Origin: Planctomycetia bacterium
GTDB lineage: Bacteria; Planctomycetota; Planctomycetia; Pirellulales; JALHPA01
Reading direction: 5' to 3'
NCBI GenBank assembly: GCA_043737375.1
Contig: JAYTAU010000343.1
Coordinates: 1-24,796, forward strand
Length of the DNA: 24,796 nucleotides
The notes beneath the pieces are model-generated. The model was given only the letters and a program-made list of their open reading frames with translations. It was not told where the DNA came from and made no database searches. The position numbers and the translations under genes were made by a program. This document shows, one piece after another, positions 24,502-24,796 of the stretch (its first letter is position 1; each line of letters begins with the position of its first letter).

Positions 24502-24796
24502 CGAACTACTTTCCAGCCGCATTAGGCCGATACCGGTTGGAGAGGAACTAAGCGGTCGCCAAACCTGGTGCGACAATTCGCCCCAATTTGCCCAAGAAAA
24601 GCGACGCGCTTCCAACCCGGTCAGAAGGGATTTTGTCCGCCAATGCCCAACCAAGCACTCAAAGGTGCAAGCAATGCGGACCCAAACGTTATACCGCGAA
24701 CAGGTCGCGCGGGTCAAGTAACTGAATCGATGAATTTATCATAAGCCATTGATATTAAACGGTTTGCAGTTGATTCAGGCAAATGCCTTTCGAGAC

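Noticed and set aside
305-24551. The many overlapping or antisense ORFs in the track (e.g. 7160-8854, 4532-5317, 1327-2169, 12265-13044, 15835-16830, 9401-10117)
   Set aside because: Shadow ORFs of GC-rich genuine genes, or translations of repeat DNA (e.g. IPHSPFRFPH, VSCPLSVVR, RVTEDTE); no family motifs.

Overview
GC-rich bacterial chromosomal window, most consistent with a planctomycete (inferred from the DUF1553/DUF1501 gene pair and the flagellar gene order). Left part (+): a flagellar operon, flgA (5'-partial)-flgH-flgI-flgJ (rod-binding domain only)-flgN-flgK-flgL, with an 880-aa modular FlgL. Middle (-): a LamG/DUF1549/DUF1553 protein, a Tat-exported DUF1501 protein, FloA, an FGE-sulfatase-domain protein and a CPD photolyase. 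At about 18.6-19.9 kb is an accessory patch with a small membrane-protein ORF and a truncated VapC/PIN remnant coupled to an upstream ORF. Right part: a PA0069-family radical SAM gene and rarA (+), converging on a TsaC(Sua5/YrdC)-LMW phosphatase fusion and rpiB (-). The most striking unexplained structure is non-coding. Almost every intergenic spacer, including all six inside the flagellar operon, holds stacked and sometimes nested palindromic elements: paired arms of three 8-10-nt units, 7-nt tandem arrays and REP/REPIN-like hairpins. No mobiliser gene for them is present in the window. All assignments come from motif recognition by eye; no database searches were run.
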